Assembly: GCA_002633005.1 (NCBI GenBank)
Contig: NMRA01000935.1
Span: 7,969 to 71,968, forward strand
Direction: 5' to 3'
DNA from: Phoronis australis
Lineage: Eukaryota > Animalia > Phoronida
Length of the DNA stretch: 64,000 bases
Of this stretch, positions 26,600 to 41,599 are shown in pieces (position 1 is the stretch's first letter; each line of letters begins with the position of its first letter). The position numbers and the translations under genes are program-made. The notes under the pieces are model-generated. The model saw nothing but the letters and a program-made list of their open reading frames with translations, had not been told where the DNA came from and did no database searches.

Positions 26600-28250
26600 G
26601 ATCAACGTTGCTCCCTTACCAAGTGGTATTTATTAACGTCGGGCTACGAACACTACAAAAAGAGTAAACGTACACCACATCATCGTTTCTGCATCTCGTG
26701 ATAACATTGTGGTATATTTTTGTAACCATTTTATTTCTAAACACACTAAGATATACAACAATGAGGTGTATACAAATGAAACACCGACACTCACGCATGC
26801 GCACACACACGCAGATATCTAAATAATACAACTTTAAGGTTGATCTAATCCAAATAAGTATCGAGGGTTTCCCAAAAGGCAGTTTTGAGGGGTTGAATAT
26901 TTCTTACTTTACAACAATCATACAAGAACCATCGAAATTGTGAACATTCAGGAATAATCTTGTCTCTACAGCATTTATAAATGAACTGCTTACAAATAGT
27001 TAATATAGTATTAATATCTCTAAAATTACATCCAGAATATGCTGTGAAAATAACGTTTTTATCTAAGTTTAAATCATGTTGTGCAGTTACATAAATTAAA
27101 GTTTCTGAATTTCACACCACAGTTTTCACAGCACCACATCCCATAAAATATGGTTAAAAGTTACAAAAGTTTCACAAAATGCACACTTGTCATTACTTAC
27201 TAAATACATCTTTTTTCAACGAAGTTTTGTAACACTTTTCTATGAGTATGAAAATGTTTAAAGGTTTTAACATATGGAGGTAACAATAGTTTGTTTGGAA
27301 GAACATAAATTTGTTTAAATCGTTGTCCAGAGTAAATATCAGTTAAGCTGCATTCTATATCAGGATGCAAAATAATTTTGGAAAGCAAAATATTTCTAGA
27401 AATCACATTAGTAATTTTACTTGACTGGAGGGTATGTATACATTTTGACATAGAAGGCTCAGTGTTCAACTTAATCGTACGTCTCAAAGCAGCATAATGA
27501 ATCCAGTTTGAAAGCTTAAATCTATTTTTCAAAACCGCTCATGTCAGAAATTTATTTTCAAAATTCAAAAGATCCTTCACAAAAATAACTCCAGCTTCAA
27601 AGAAACTGTTAAAGAAAACACTCCACCCATTAATCAGGATGTTTTTGTTATTCCACGCTACTTGGTTTACAAGTGTTATGTCATCATGTAAATGAGCAAT
27701 TATTTCTTCCCAAGCAATTACTATGAGGTGATAGAAGGTACATGTAGTAACATTTGCAATAAACAGTAAATTACAATCACAATTTGATTAAAGATCATAC
27801 TACCCACATATGTTTTGAAAATATACCTTGAAAACACTTTAAAAACTTCATTGTTTCCATTTTCACAACGCGTAACCCACTTATCTAGTAATGATTTCTA
27901 CATAGTATTTATATCAGGAACTGACAAAGCAACATTTTCATGGATACATGTATTTACAGCCACATCTTTTCTAATTCTGGGTGGTTTGTTTTGCCAAAAA
28001 AAAACATTTTATAAAAGTATTTATCTTAGCTCTACGTTAGCTGTCAATTCCAAAGTTGCTCATAACATAAATTAATTTAGACAACGCAAAAGTTTCAATT
28101 ACACTGATCCTTCCTCACAATGAAATATTGCGACTTTCCAAATATCAAGAGACATTTTAAACAACTTAATTTTGAGTTCAAAATTTCAAAAGTCACTTTG
28201 TTTTTGTTGTAACTAAAAATATTCCCATACTCATATTGCCCAGGCTAACA
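26600..28250 (-). mobile_element. Tx1/L1-clade LINE ORF2 3' portion, degenerate
   Basis: Minus-strand WKSRNISL.GRISVIETFALSKLIYV, VAWNNKNILING..VFF..FFEAGV.FVKDL and CKQFIYKC. Confidence 0.75.
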
Positions 28251-28329
28251 TGTTCTGCAGTTCCTGTTATTATAGAGTGTTAACTTTTTAACCTTCTTTA
28301 CAATAGACGAGGGTTAGAAACACAGAATT

Positions 28330-29585
28330 TACAAATTCCTGTTTTATGATGAACTGTACCATTCCTCAGTGATTAAGCACAACTTACATGTAAACTAAGG
28401 AGGTGCACCAACCGAGTTGATCAGGCTCGGTCCAGGACTGTATGGCTCATCTCGTCTCCTACAACTTCACTAATGCAGCATCAGGAGCCTGCCCACTTCA
28501 CCTACTCTTCTTGCACCACTGTTCATTCCTCTTCTTCCATATCCACTGTGACGCCCTCTCCGCTCGCTCGCTTATAACACCGATAGCCTTCATCCTTTCC
28601 TTTCCTGTCACCCCTGATGCACGAAATGCCCTCCATACTGGCTGCCCAACAAATCCCCTGCATCCAACTCCAACTGGCCAGTACCATACTCTCCACCCCC
28701 TACTTCGACATTTTTCGCACAACTGTTGATATTTCTCTTTCTTCCTTGCATGTGCTTCATCTACCCGCTCTCCCCATGACACTGTCAGCTCCAGCAATAT
28801 TACCTGCTTCGTTGCCTGTGACCACATCACGATGTCTGGCCTTAGACTTGTCTCCGCTATCTCACTTGGGAAGGTCATCCTTCGGTACAGATTGAAGTTC
28901 ATTTTCAAGATGTTTGCCGTGTTCAGTACACCTGCTCCTCCTGTATGTCCCCGAGTTGAAGTACCTGTCAGCAAAAATTAACAAACTGAGGTTCTTTCAG
29001 CACTTTTCGTTCCTTCTTGTGTTCCCTCCTGCTCTCCGCGACCACCTCCAGCACCGGGTCATGCCTTCAAGTATATCGCCCGTCTGATAACGCTGATGAG
29101 CATGATGACAGCACGTGTTCCAGGTTTGCTGGCTTCTTGCACAATGCACAAGTCGTATCTTCCACTAACCCCCACGCGCGAAAATTGGTTGGGCTGGGGA
29201 AAACATTATACACAGACCTCAGCAAAAACCTTAATCTGCTCTCCTGCATTGTCCAGATCTCTTGCCACTTCAAAGCCCTCTGTCTAACTCCATGAAAATT
29301 CAGCCAACTGCCTTACTGCCCTCATGCCTGCTGCTCTGGCTCTTCTTGTTTCTTCTTCCATGCTTCTCACTTGCTGCTGTACCATGCTACGTCTCTCCTT
29401 AGGACTCTCTTCTCCCCAACGTGCCTGTGGAAACAAACCAAGTCCTTGTCTGCCCACTGCAACTGTGCCTACTATATCATCGTGCTTGAGTCTTTCTTCT
29501 GCCTACTTGACTGCTTGTTTGCACTCGACCCTGACTCTGGCTCCTCGCACTTTCTCATCCACACTGTCCCTCAGAGTTAACACTT
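28330..29585 (-). mobile_element. HERO-clade non-LTR retrotransposon 3' fragment (zinc knuckle and restriction-like endonuclease)
   Basis: RLRFLLRSVYNVFPSPTN..WG; CALCKKPANLEHVLSSC; RHD; LRPDIVMWS...KQVILLELTVSW.E...EAHARKKEKY; PVGVGCRGF. Confidence 0.88.
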
Positions 29586-30099
29586 GATCTCAAGGGCTAT
29601 CCCAAATGAGTGATCGGTTTTTCGCTACAATATATATTTGTCGAGTTTTTCGAGATTTGCCAATGAGTGTTTTATTATTCTGTGACTTCTCGTGCCGTAG
29701 CTCTGGGTTCTTTTGAAATTTGGTTCGTAAGTACACCTTGTCATGTACTACAAAATGTTTAGATGAAGTTTCTGGGTCCGACTTACAGTGACGCTCACAG
29801 TTGAACCTCGGAGAAGACGATTTTTACACGCATAACGGTAAGCTACAATGTACAATATTATATTAGTGAGACAATATTGGCACGCAAGGGACATTGCCCA
29901 AAGTATTTCATTACGTGCAGAAATGTCAATTTTGATTAAAAGGACGTTATATCAAGAGTAGTGTGAATAAAATGGTGGTTGCTGTAGTGGGGCCACAAAG
30001 TACAATTCACGTATTCCGCACTCCCGCTCTTCTCGGCCGTGAGGTAAGACTGTATAGATTCCACAATGGTGGCGCTGTACAACGATGGGCTTTGCTGTC

Positions 30100-30229
30100 T
30101 TTTGTCCTTCAGAGCCGTCAAAAAGGGGTGAAATGGGACATGTTGCATCCAAGGATATTTATCAACCTTATCCCACTTTCTTGAATCGGCATTGAAGCCC
30201 ACGGTACAGTAGAAATACTTTCGAGGCAT
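30100..30229 (-). pseudogene. Degenerate THAP-domain start of a DNA-transposon relic
   Basis: MPRKYFYCTVGFNADSRK...YPWMQHVPFHPF...KD.R resembles THAP C-x4-C...FHxFP. The second Cys is lost. Confidence 0.5.
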
Positions 30230-32529
30230 GGCTTAAGTATGATGTAAAATACAAAGCTTTCAGACGACAGAGAAGTGCTAACTTGTGAATCTCCATGGGA
30301 GCAAAAGCGTGGCTGCTGAACTGCCTGCCGTGTCTGGTGGAGTGGTGCTATTTCATACCTCACTGCATTAGAGAGCAATCAATGTGGAAGGTGAGAACTA
30401 GTACACTTTGGTTACAGTCCTTCCTTCAAACATGTAGTTTTGAAAACCAGTAGGGTGCAATTTGTACGAACTAAAAGTGCTTAAAAATACCATTTGCTTT
30501 TTGTTTGACAAGTAGCAACACTCGCCAGTATCATTAAACCTTCCTTTATAACATTACATATCACAACTGTGTAATATCCCAAAAACGAGAAAAGCGGCTT
30601 AGTTGAAAGTTCCGTAGCTCCAATGCCACTAGAGTGACTTGTGAACGTACCCAGCGTTTAAGTGCGTCATGTCCACCAACATGCGGGTTTCTTCTAAAAG
30701 AAGTTGCGCCATATCTGCACATCTCTGATGTCCCGCGGGATTGTAACAAGGGCCGTTTCGTTCTTAAATACTGCTTTGTCACAACTACAAACGCAACGTC
30801 TCGTGTCATTTTTTACTATATCACAGACCACGGGAAAACGAGCAGCAATATCTGACGACTTTTCACACTAAACGTAATGAAGTAAGATTAATGCTATGAT
30901 TGACTGTCCCGATTGTACGTTGCATACATCAACCAATGAAATGCGTGTAACTCAAGATAAGCTACGTAACACATAGTCAGAAAGTGTTTGCAAGTGTGTT
31001 CATTTGACAGCTGGTCGACAGGCCGTGTTGTTTCTTGGCGTTTTGATATGAAATTTGTAATTTTGAGCACTTAAAGTTCGACCAATTTATTGTCAAGGTT
31101 AACTACATGTAGGTTAATCATATTTTTATTGCAAGCCGTAAAAGGTGAGTTTCATTAAAAAATTATCTTTACGTGGATGTTAAGAGTGTTATAGAAAACG
31201 CATGGCAAACCCTTTTTTCGTCCATAAGAGTACATGCGACGCATTTTGTTGACCAAAAGCTGTAAAAACGGGTGTGTAGGCCGGAGTGCTGTCGCTGCCG
31301 AGCACAACATTCTTCATCACGTCGTTAATTTTGTAACTAAAAACTCATTCATTTACAAGTGAATAGTTACTGTGTGTGAGAAGAATAAGAAGTAAATTAT
31401 CAGAAAAAGTCACTACGTTAATGATCTTTTAAAGGTGTGCGATTAATCAGCCGCGTCAGCGCATCAGCACAGTCACGGTGGCTGGACCTTCACTACGTGT
31501 TTGGACTGGTCATGAGGAATACGGCGTCGTCATGAGCAAAATCGGCAAAAATTTTCCGACAAGGCTTACTTTCGGAGATCTTTCACCTCACTAAAAATTG
31601 CTTTTTGCAACAAAACTGTTGGCATGCACTCAGTGGAAGTGTAGTCGTTGAATGTGACCTAATTACAATAATAGGGTCACTACATTGAATAGGCTCAAGA
31701 GATTTCACTTATTGTTTACACAATGATAAACTTAGAATATCAGTTTTTTTACTTTTATTCTTGTTTGTCTATTTTATGTATTTGAGAACTACCATGTTGC
31801 CATAGACAACGCGCATGAGAAGTATAGTTGATATTTGTAATTTTTAGTTTAAGTTCTGTAGCATTTTATGATACCTACTCTCAAAATATCTATACTGACT
31901 TGTCACACTCGAGTTTCCGGTGATTGTCCGAACTCGTCATGAGCAACTGTACGGTTTCGCATTCAGCCGCTGGTGTTTTCAACGTATTGTTGTCGTCTAA
32001 TTATGCATCAATACCTGCAAAAAGTAACGCATTCCTATTACACATGAACCAGTATCTTGATAAATAATGTCAAATGAGTCTCAAAACTGGTTACCGGCCA
32101 AAACTTGCTGCCCGACTTACTGCACCGATTATATCTCCCAGGAATAACTGAGATTTGTTGGTTTCGATGACGTAAACCATGTAAATTGCCCAGCACTAAA
32201 CTTCAAAGATTAGCAGACTGTTGCAAAGACTTCGAGTTGGAGGAAATATCTAAAATTCACATAAAACATACCGCAAGGTTTGGCGCCTGAGTAACTCACT
32301 ACACCGATTTCCACATTTGGCATGTAGGACCGCACAACTTCGTGAATTTCTCCACTGCTAGTTCACGTCCCTTCTTAGTGGAACTAATCCTTTAAATCTC
32401 AGTGACAAAATGTCACATACTTTGTATGTACATTATTTCAACTCCAAGCGCGAAGGGGTGGGGATTTGTTAAAATGTATGCACTAATGGCGGAAAATGTC
32501 CAGCCCGGGTCACGGGTCTGGGCTACAGC

Positions 32530-33276
32530 GACCTACTGGGGTTTTGAATTTAAGAAGACTAGATGAGACTTTCGTGAAGACTGCAAGGACTAACTAAATT
32601 CAATTTCGACACACCGTGCGAGTAGTTCCAATGGGTGAAAATGAGGTGCAGCGGCCCTAAGCCTTTCAGTCGCGCTGTGAAATGATGTGATCTTGACATG
32701 GACTTGATGAATGTATCGTGAATTATAATTAATCAATATACCAACTTCATACATATTCTTTTAGAAATGCAAGTACATGTACGTACATGTACTCACTTTT
32801 ACGTATTCGCATGAAATCCAAACAACGTGGGGTATAGTTGAATCTGTTAACCGAAATGTCGTTTATTTTTGTATGTAAAATTATAACAATTACATGAAAG
32901 TTTAGATACTTTCGGAGTAGTGAACATGAAAAGTTATTCTCCAACTAAATGTTTCCGTCCGAGTATGTAATAAGGTGTAATCATTGATTTAAACATGCTT
33001 AATTTGATAATTTGGCACGAGCTAACGCGAGAACTTTCCGTTTATGGACCACATTACATCCGAATTTGAGCAACCGTCACGGCATCCTCATTTCTGGTAT
33101 TACGAATTCTGTCTTATCCCAGGAGCATACAACTGAGAGCCATCGTTGCCGTGCATACAAATTTCCCATCCCCTGAGGGCCTTACCGAAAACTCTATTGT
33201 TGACGTTTGCAAAATATCAATGGTCCACCTTTCTAGACATTCGAACCACCCCCGCGCAATGCTGGCTACGAGCATG
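32530..33276 (+). mobile_element. 3' fragment of the hAT-like family
   Basis: Colinear with 56195-57128; degenerate TIR CTGGCTACGAGCATG. Confidence 0.75.
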
Positions 33277-35009
33277 CAAATTCCTCAGTTTCCATACTCT
33301 CTAGTTTTCCTGTTTAAGTCTTTGTTGTCCATCTTTCAAGTTTGGTTAATCTCCGTAGCCGAACTGGTCAATGTCTCCACCAGATTTAGTTTTAACGACA
33401 TGTATCTTCTAGCCGTCAAAGCTCAACTCACACGCACCGTCTTTGGGTGCGATATCAACAAATTTGTGAATAATTCCAGGAGTTATAGACATATCCACTT
33501 TTGACGTAGGCAGTTTGCTTAAGGTTGTCGAGGGTAACAATTCCGCCACATCTAAAAACAGTAGAGAACGCTATCTTGTTTAAGGGGAGCGTGTCATCTG
33601 CTACCATCCTATTAAACTTGACCCAGGTGTTTGACTTGACTATTGTTTTCAAAACATCGATCACGCATGGTGTGACATCACATATTTCTTTTACTGTATG
33701 GGCGCACCTAGGGGGGGGCGGTCCCGGGAGGGCTCGAAAGAGCCCCCCCTCCCCCCTATTTGGCAAATTGAGCAAAAAGGTCCGCCTTACTGAAACAAAA
33801 AATCCGAGTAAACGAGACAAAAGTCCACAAAGTCCACAGGCGCGGATGCACAATTCGTAGGCCTGAACCTTGTGGCCCCGTTTTGCTTAGTCCTCGTTGA
33901 TTTTATTCAGAAAATTTTAAGATGGGTGGGGGCATGTATTGCACCGTATACTCGTGCTAAATCTGTCTCAATATCCCTTTCTCATTCTTTTCTCTCGGTT
34001 TATTCTTCATTTTTCCTTCTCGTTCTTCTTTTGCCTTCTTGTGATCAAACTCTTTTCCTCTTATAGATATGTTTTGCTTGAACTGGTTTCGCAGCCCTCC
34101 TCCAAAACAATGTCGGGAATGCACCAATATTTTTTACTCTGAAACATTCCAAACCGCTGTGTTCATGAAATGTTAGATACCCAATACTTAGTACTTGATC
34201 GCCGTGATATGCGATGCCGTGGCCAATTACTTCAGCAAAGTGATCTGTGCAAACATAGAAGTAACACCATCTGAAGGCGGTTGACTGGAAAAATTGTAAA
34301 ATGTTTTTACATCGATTTCACTCTGTCCAAAATGATTAATGACAATGGCCTAACACTTCTTATCTGTGGTCTCACTTTGGTACACCGTTTTCAAATGCAT
34401 CCAATCTTTCTCAAGTCATCTAGTTAAACGGTCTAAAATTTGACTAATTCTTAACCAGCTCATTGACGAGTCCGTACAGTCGTTTGTCTGACTGCCTAAT
34501 TTATATCTTCCATATCTTTGTTTATCAAGCACAATTTTAGGTTGAAACATTGCACATTTTCATAAAATACTACTTACAGTATGAAATGTATTAAATCAAC
34601 TACATTATGCATCATTTTATAACAAACTTTCACCGCTATTCCTGATTTTTTTCGCACAACCACGGCTACCGAGTCGCATTGAGCCGTCATTGATAGTCAC
34701 TAACGAGAGAATCTTTCAGCGTTTGGCAAGACTCTTAAGCTATTGGGCAAACAGTTTCTTATTACATATAGGATCGATTTCTACATTTTAAAGACAATTT
34801 TGTTCGACTGGTGGTGAATTCCTGCATGAAATTGCTCGTGACGACGCCGTACTCCTCATGACCAGTCCAAATACGTAGCACAGGTCTCCACACCGTGACA
34901 GTGACCTAGCAAAAGACGAAAAGACAGTAAACACGAGCACACGTGCTAGGTTCACGCGTCTTTGACATATATCGTAATAGCTGGAATATATACACAAAGC
35001 GTACCGAGA

Positions 35010-35760
35010 GTGGCGTATAAATATATATTATTACATGTTCTCAGTCGTTATCCCCGTATTCTAGAGCCCGAGTGGATTTTGGAGAATTATCGCGAACGAG
35101 AAACGTTGCAATGAATCGATCTACCTTTCTCGACTGGCCTCGGCTTTGTAACTACAGTGTACTTTCTATGTCAGAGACCCGGGGTCGGAGGTCGTGCCCT
35201 TTTAGAAAATCCTATCTATTTTTGTCAAATACTCAAAACCAATTGAAAATTTAAACAGAGTGGATAGAAAGTGAATCTATAAATTAAGGTTTGCCAACTA
35301 TTGTAGCTTACTACACATTTTATCACGCTAAGCTTCGACCGAGAAAATAACGTCGGCTAATGAAGGTCACCAGTGGTAACTGAGTATAATGCTCAAGTCG
35401 AAGGATCCTGACGACAAGATACCCGCATTCGAATTGGAGATCGGTGATTTACAAGTGAGAGAAAATGAGAGATAAATTGCACTAAATTGAAATATCGTTT
35501 TTATGGAAATTATGCGTCTAAGTCTTCATAGCGTATAAATGTTGGTACAATGCCTTTTGTTGATCATGCGATTGTTGCGCGTGCTCATTTAAGTATTCTA
35601 TTTTCATGTGTGATGACGTCAGCCACTGAGTGGTGCGGTCGACGACTTGAAACTCTTGCGGATCGGGTTCGAAACCGGCCTCGATTCCCGCAAAATGTTA
35701 TCTAACTAAATGGGTTATTACACGGCTCTATTGGCCATTTGAGGCTGATATTGTGGTCTG
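35010..35760 (+). repeat. Unclassified repeat family D with a tRNA-like segment
   Basis: Homologous to 46840-47580; B-box GGTTCGAAACC at ~35666. Confidence 0.7.
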
Positions 35761-35884
35761 AGAAGTAATATCAATATTAATAATATACATTATATGTACA
35801 CTCCTTTGTAATGTCCCACAAGACATTATTCCGCGTATCGACCGATGCGAGGAATAATAATGTCGAGTGGGATAAAACGGCAAT

Positions 35885-38620
35885 CTTTTTTATGATGAAA
35901 CATTTAATTATTCAACCAACCAGTACATACAGTTGTGCAGCAAAATGAAATCTACTTAAGTGTACATCAAACAAATTACGAACATTATCGGACCCTATAA
36001 AAGCTAGTTACGCAAAAAAGACCACCTTGCCTGGAATCTCTCAAGATCCCTTATATCATTGTAAATAATTTTTTCCAGGTTGTAGTAATCACATACCTCA
36101 CGTAAGAATTACTGAAAATTGGGCTTAGCCTTTTGTAGTCTTTGTCTATATAAAGAATTAAATTTACAACTTCTAATCTACAGCCTGGATCTCCAAACAA
36201 GGCGGAAGACATATTTAACTGCAGAGGGAAATTGCACTGATTTATCATCCATGTTTTTAAACATCCCCAAAACTTCTGAACAAGTGAACATTCCCAATAC
36301 AAATGTAGAATTGTTTCTTCATGTTGCTCACAGAAAGAGCATAAAGACGATTCACTAACACTTATTTTCTTTAAATAAGAGTTTGTACCAATAAGTCTGT
36401 GATTGATACGGAATTGAAGCTATCTGAGTCTGACATCGGAAGTACAATGATAAATTACAGAATGAATTTTTTCCCAAGATTGAGTGTTATCGCATAAGTT
36501 AATTTCTCTCTCCCACTTCAATTCTGCGACAGGTTTATATACAAATTAGAAATGAATAATTCATAGATTTTCCCAGTCCCTTTATTTTCCGAGGAGATTC
36601 GAAAAATATGTTCTGGAAAAAGTGGAGTGACTATAGTACTCTTGTATCTTAGATAATTCCAAGAACGAAGTATTGAACTTCGAATTCCATAGAAATGAAT
36701 AATACAAGGACAAAATTGAAAACGTGTACAAAAGGTATGATAATCATAAATATATCCCTTATCAGGGTCAATTAAATTGTATACGTACCGTATACCCTTT
36801 TGAAACCACTTGTTCCAAAAAATGGAGTATTGTCTATACAAATTTTGGGGTTATACCACAAAGGTTGGTACAAAGGATCATCTATCTTACAAAGATTGAT
36901 AAATTCGTATAAGATATAAAAAACATCCTTCGAAAAATATTCTTAGTACGGTTTGATACTTCAAGGAAAAAACAAGAACCTAACTGGAAAGAGTCATTTT
37001 TTATATTAGGAATAATTTCACATAAAATATTTAGCCAATGAGAAGAATCTTCGAATCCAAGTTTAATAGCTTTGACAAATGACGCAACATGGACCATATT
37101 CCCACCTCCATCTTCAATTTTCTGCACCATGTTTTTTCTAGAGATTCTATCAGAAGAGGTACCCCATATAAATTAAAAAAAAATTTTTCAATGTCCTTAA
37201 AAAAGTAGCACTTGGAAGAGGAAGTGTGTAAAAGAGGTGAATCAGTTTCGGTAATAAGAAAGATTTGACAACCTTTATCTTACCAAAGGTAGATAAATAT
37301 CTTTTTGACCAATTTCCAATGCCATTTCTAACCTTGATTAATTTTACATCGTAGTTTAAGTGAATCATGTCCTGTAAGTTGACAGAGAAGGTAATTCCAA
37401 GAGATGTGAACTGGGAATTTTCCCATTTTAAATCTTTTTCACAGCAAAGCCTATCACCACACCATATCTTAGAACAAATCCATATACAAACAGTTTTATC
37501 GATATTGGGTGTCAAACCAGAACACGTAGCAAACTGATCAAGAAGGTTAAGTGACGATTTTAAAGTTCGATGGACCATCTAGAAAGAGGACCGTGTCGTC
37601 TGCATATACTCTTAAGAGCCTACTTTTATGTCTTTAACATTCTCGCATTGCCTCAACATAGATGCCATAATTTCGGCACACAACAAAAAAGGTAAGGTGA
37701 AAGGGGATCCCCTTGTTTGCAACCTCGGCAAATGTTAAAGTAGTTCGACGTAAAGCCATACTGAATGACCGAAAGTTGGACACTTTCATTGAGTATTGTG
37801 AACCAACAAATAATATCGTCACCAAAATTGAAATAGTGTAGAACTTTCTTAAGAAATCTCCAGGACACAGAACCAAAGGCTTTTTCAAAATCAATTAATA
37901 CCAGAAGTCCTGGAATATCCTTAACTTGAGTATATTGTAAGATGTCATAAATCACTCTGGTGTTCTCCCCCATAAAGCGACCTGGGAAAAACCCAGTTTG
38001 ATTAGGATGAATTAACTTATTTAAAACAGATTTTATCCTTTGTGCAATACATGCTGATAATAGTTTATAACTTGAATTTAGTAAGGAGATTGATCTCCAA
38101 TTTTTAATGTATTCACGTGGTTTCTTGCCCTTGGGAATCAAAGTAATGACACCTTGACGCATAGTGGTAGGGAGACGGCCGATTCGAAAACTGTCATTAA
38201 AAGATTTGATCAAAAATGGCGACAATTCTTTCCAAAAAAAATTGTGAAACTCTACAGGAAAACCATCAGTCCCCGGAGTTTTGTCATTTTTCATACATTT
38301 AAGGACAGCCGCAGCTTCGATCAGTATATGTTATTGGTCCTTCTAGTTTTTCTTTCAAGTCGGCGTCTAGTTTAGGCATATTTTCAGGGGTCACCAAGTT
38401 CTCCAACTCATATTGGAGAGAGTCATTTTCTTTGGATGCATATAAATTTGCATAGAATTTTTCGATTGCACGCAGTATAGCTTTTTGGTTCGTCAAGCTT
38501 CTTCCAGTCTCGTCTATAAGTTTGTGGACATTCTTGTTCACGTAACTGCGTTTTTCGCCAATCTTGGTGCATTTTGTATTTATCCCATGCGCTTCGAATT
38601 CTGAAGTTTCTTTCATTTTT
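35885..38620 (-). mobile_element. Tx1/L1-clade LINE, 5'-truncated, frameshifted ORF2 with RT
   Basis: KTPGTDGFPVEF, WRSISLLNSSYK, IDFEKAF.SVSW, RGCKQGDPLSPYLF, YADDT, SGLTPNIDKT; C-terminal ..YWEC..VQKFW; A-rich 3' end at ~35885. Confidence 0.93.
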
Positions 38621-38641
38621 AGCAAATATTTTAAATACTTA

Positions 38642-38710
38642 CATGGGCGGCGCAGCACTGACATAAGTAGGGGGCTGTATCCCCAAACCCCGTATAGTCC
38701 GCCGCCCATG
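38642..38710. mobile_element. 69-bp mini-TIR element (CATGGGCGGCG...CGCCGCCCATG)
   Basis: 11-bp perfect terminal inverted repeats; a related copy at ~55608-55676. Confidence 0.5.
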
Positions 38711-40087
38711 TCACATGGTCTGCAACTCAGGCGCCGATTCCTCGGTAAATGCTACAAGTAAAATGCAAAGTTACCGTTGTTTTCATCGTTGTTATCTATC
38801 TCTTTTTAAGTTATAAATCGTTACATTTAAAACTATTTTACTAGAGAAAACTTGAAACCTAACTCGCAAGTGAATACCTAATAGGTTGTGATCCGCCATG
38901 GGGGATGGGGGACTATACCCCCACTTACTGCAGTGCTGTATAATATTTAGCAAATAAAACTGAGGCAGAAGTGTCATATAATTAACAGTTCTGTACCAGA
39001 TATTATGTTTGGGACATGATTGCATCTTGAGTGTTATTTATACTGCTGTAATTAAACTATTTTGGGAAAGTTTGATGATCGAACCGGCTATCAATGTAGA
39101 GTCAACATTGACCTACTTTTTGACATTTCGATGTCCAAGCGCACTGTTAAAGTAATTCCGGGATTGCAATGCGGAAAACAATATAACATGCCCGTATTGC
39201 ATTCGACTTCGTCAACGCGTATGGGATGAAAGGCCATGGCCTTATGGCTCAAATAATGCGTTTTTTAGAACACTTAAACCTGCAAATGATCCATAAGACC
39301 ATACCGGTATTTCGGATATAAGGCCATTTTTGTTTTTGTCAACCAGTCATGACCAAAACGTTAAATAATGAGTAATATTATGAATTATTGCTTCTCTAAA
39401 AAGCATTTGATACAAATATTGAATAAATAATAAAACATAGAAATATAAGAAGCGCGACAACATGTGTAGTGAATTCCGAAATGGCCAACACCAAACACTT
39501 TCTGTCTGGGTACGGAAGAACGGTGCTGCATACATTTAGTACTTGCTCTGCGAGGTGTTCACGCTTATCGTGTTTCCCCTAAACTTAATCAGACAATTGT
39601 GGTTGGGACTGATGCATCTTCAAAGTCCAGGGACTATATTTGAGTGACGTCATGTTGCACGAGAGCACCCTGTACTGGCTTATACAGCGTAGATGGTTAA
39701 TGAAAGTACAGCTCCTCACAGCAGCTGTCATGAAGAGCCGAGTGAGATGGTCTCGTCGAGCTGGAGGACATGAAATAACAATCAACCTTCATGTTATGTC
39801 CAAAGACGAACCGCGAATGCAAGACTTGCACAGAACTACCCAAATGAGCCATTATATTGTGCTGTGAACAGTTATACGTGCATTCAAGGGGCAGACAAAA
39901 ACTACTTTGGAATTACACTCGTTTTAAATAATTTCATCAGTAGAACTTACACCGAAAATACATTTCATTGTAAAGTTATTTCATCGTTTTCTCACATCTG
40001 ACACTATAAAACAACTTTAAATAATTAAAAGAGGGATACACATTGTCCATTTCTCAACTCTATGTTGTTGAGACAATTCACTCTTAA

Positions 40088-41515
40088 AGGAGAATGCCAC
40101 CCGAATTAATTTGGTCTATATCCACATCACCTCCTACGCAGTCGATCTCACCTCGCCGAAAGGTGTCGCGTTAACCTGCGAAGAAGGTGAGTACGCGAAG
40201 CAGTGGTTCTTCAGTGAGTGTGTGCCGCTATTGTGTGGCGTCCCGTTCCCGCTTGTGCGAATCACGAACCTGCGCGGAAAGCGGGTATATCGTTTTTTTT
40301 TTTTCGATTTCCTCGAGAACACGAAAAGCTTAGGAGGTGGTTCCCGGCAGTAAAGAACGAAAAGTACGACGTAATACCAAAAAGTGTGATGCCTTCAAGT
40401 ACATGTATCTCCGTGTCTGTGGGCGGCAAAGCGGTTCTGATTCAAAATGAATTATTTTCACCCTAATCAATATTTATATAAAACTGAAACAATATGTCAA
40501 AGTCTGTCTCAGTAGATACAGTTTGTAATGCCTTAAAAGTGTTCGTGAGTGCAGATGTTTTGAGAAATCAACAATGAATAAATCATACTGCGTTACCGGC
40601 TTCAGTTGTAATAAAATTAATTGACCGCCGTGTGAGCGCATGCTAATTCAGTGTTTGCTGACAGAAATCTGTTGTAAAACTAAAACTCGTTTTTATGTGC
40701 TATGGTCGATGTTATATTATTCAAATCATTTTTGTTGTGCACCTTTTCTCTGTACGGTTCTATGGAAGGGGAACCTAGCTTCGCGATACCCGACGAGTAA
40801 GTAGATTTGCAACTTCGCGGCGAATTCGCCGAAATACTCACGTGCACATTATTTCTTTGGTTCGCTAGTCTAGTCCTTTCGTAACTGGAATTTAGTTTTC
40901 AACTTTGGCAGCTATCTAATCCGGCTGGTTTATGTTCGCAATGTCTCCAGTCCGGCCGCGACGGACCAGATCGTGTTCCAAGCTACTGGGTTATAACGAG
41001 CGTTTTGTGTTTAGAACATGAAATTCGCAAGTCAAAAGTTACAACACACGGCTATGCTTTTCTCAGTGTCTCTATTTCACGGAGGAATGATTCTAGTTTA
41101 TCACCGAACAGACTCCATACTTCCCGCGACAGACCACGTTAAGTTGACGTTAAGTTGGTCTACCCCGGCGAACTTTGAAAGCTACATGTACGGTACGTTC
41201 AAAATTTCTATACATCTGTAGTAGCGAAATAAAACGATTCATTTGTTTAAAAATGAATGTATGTGTGAGGGTTTCAAATCGAATTGTGATGGTTTATTTT
41301 TGTAAAACGATGAATTCAAGCGATGAGCTGACACCAGTGAGCGTCTCGTGAACTGCTGAGCAGACTGTGTTAGAACTTGTGACGTCATTCGTTAAATTTA
41401 ACACCTCCGTCTGTCGTCTGGTGTCAGCTAAAAGAACTGAACTTGCTGTCATCGAGTGTAACTACTCGATCTAAATTCGGATGCAAAGTACGTTGTTTTT
41501 TGGTGACAATCTCCT
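40088..41515 (+). mobile_element. Kolobok-like non-autonomous element with THAP remnant, nested in the pogo element
   Basis: TTAA|AGGAGAATGCCACC ... GGTGACAATCTCCT|TTAC. THAP-like VPACANHE.ARKAGISFF.RFPREHEKLRRW..AVK at 40220-40370. Confidence 0.75.
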
Positions 41516-41599
41516 TTACTGAGCACTAACTTCATCGACTGAAGAACGACAAATTTGAATTGAACTGTTTCAGTTAGTCAACGGCCTCGTCGTCACCCG

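Noticed and set aside
28340-28500. Hammerhead ribozyme in the HERO 3' UTR (minus-strand CTGAGGA)
   Set aside because: I could not find a correctly placed GAAA core or paired stems in this copy.
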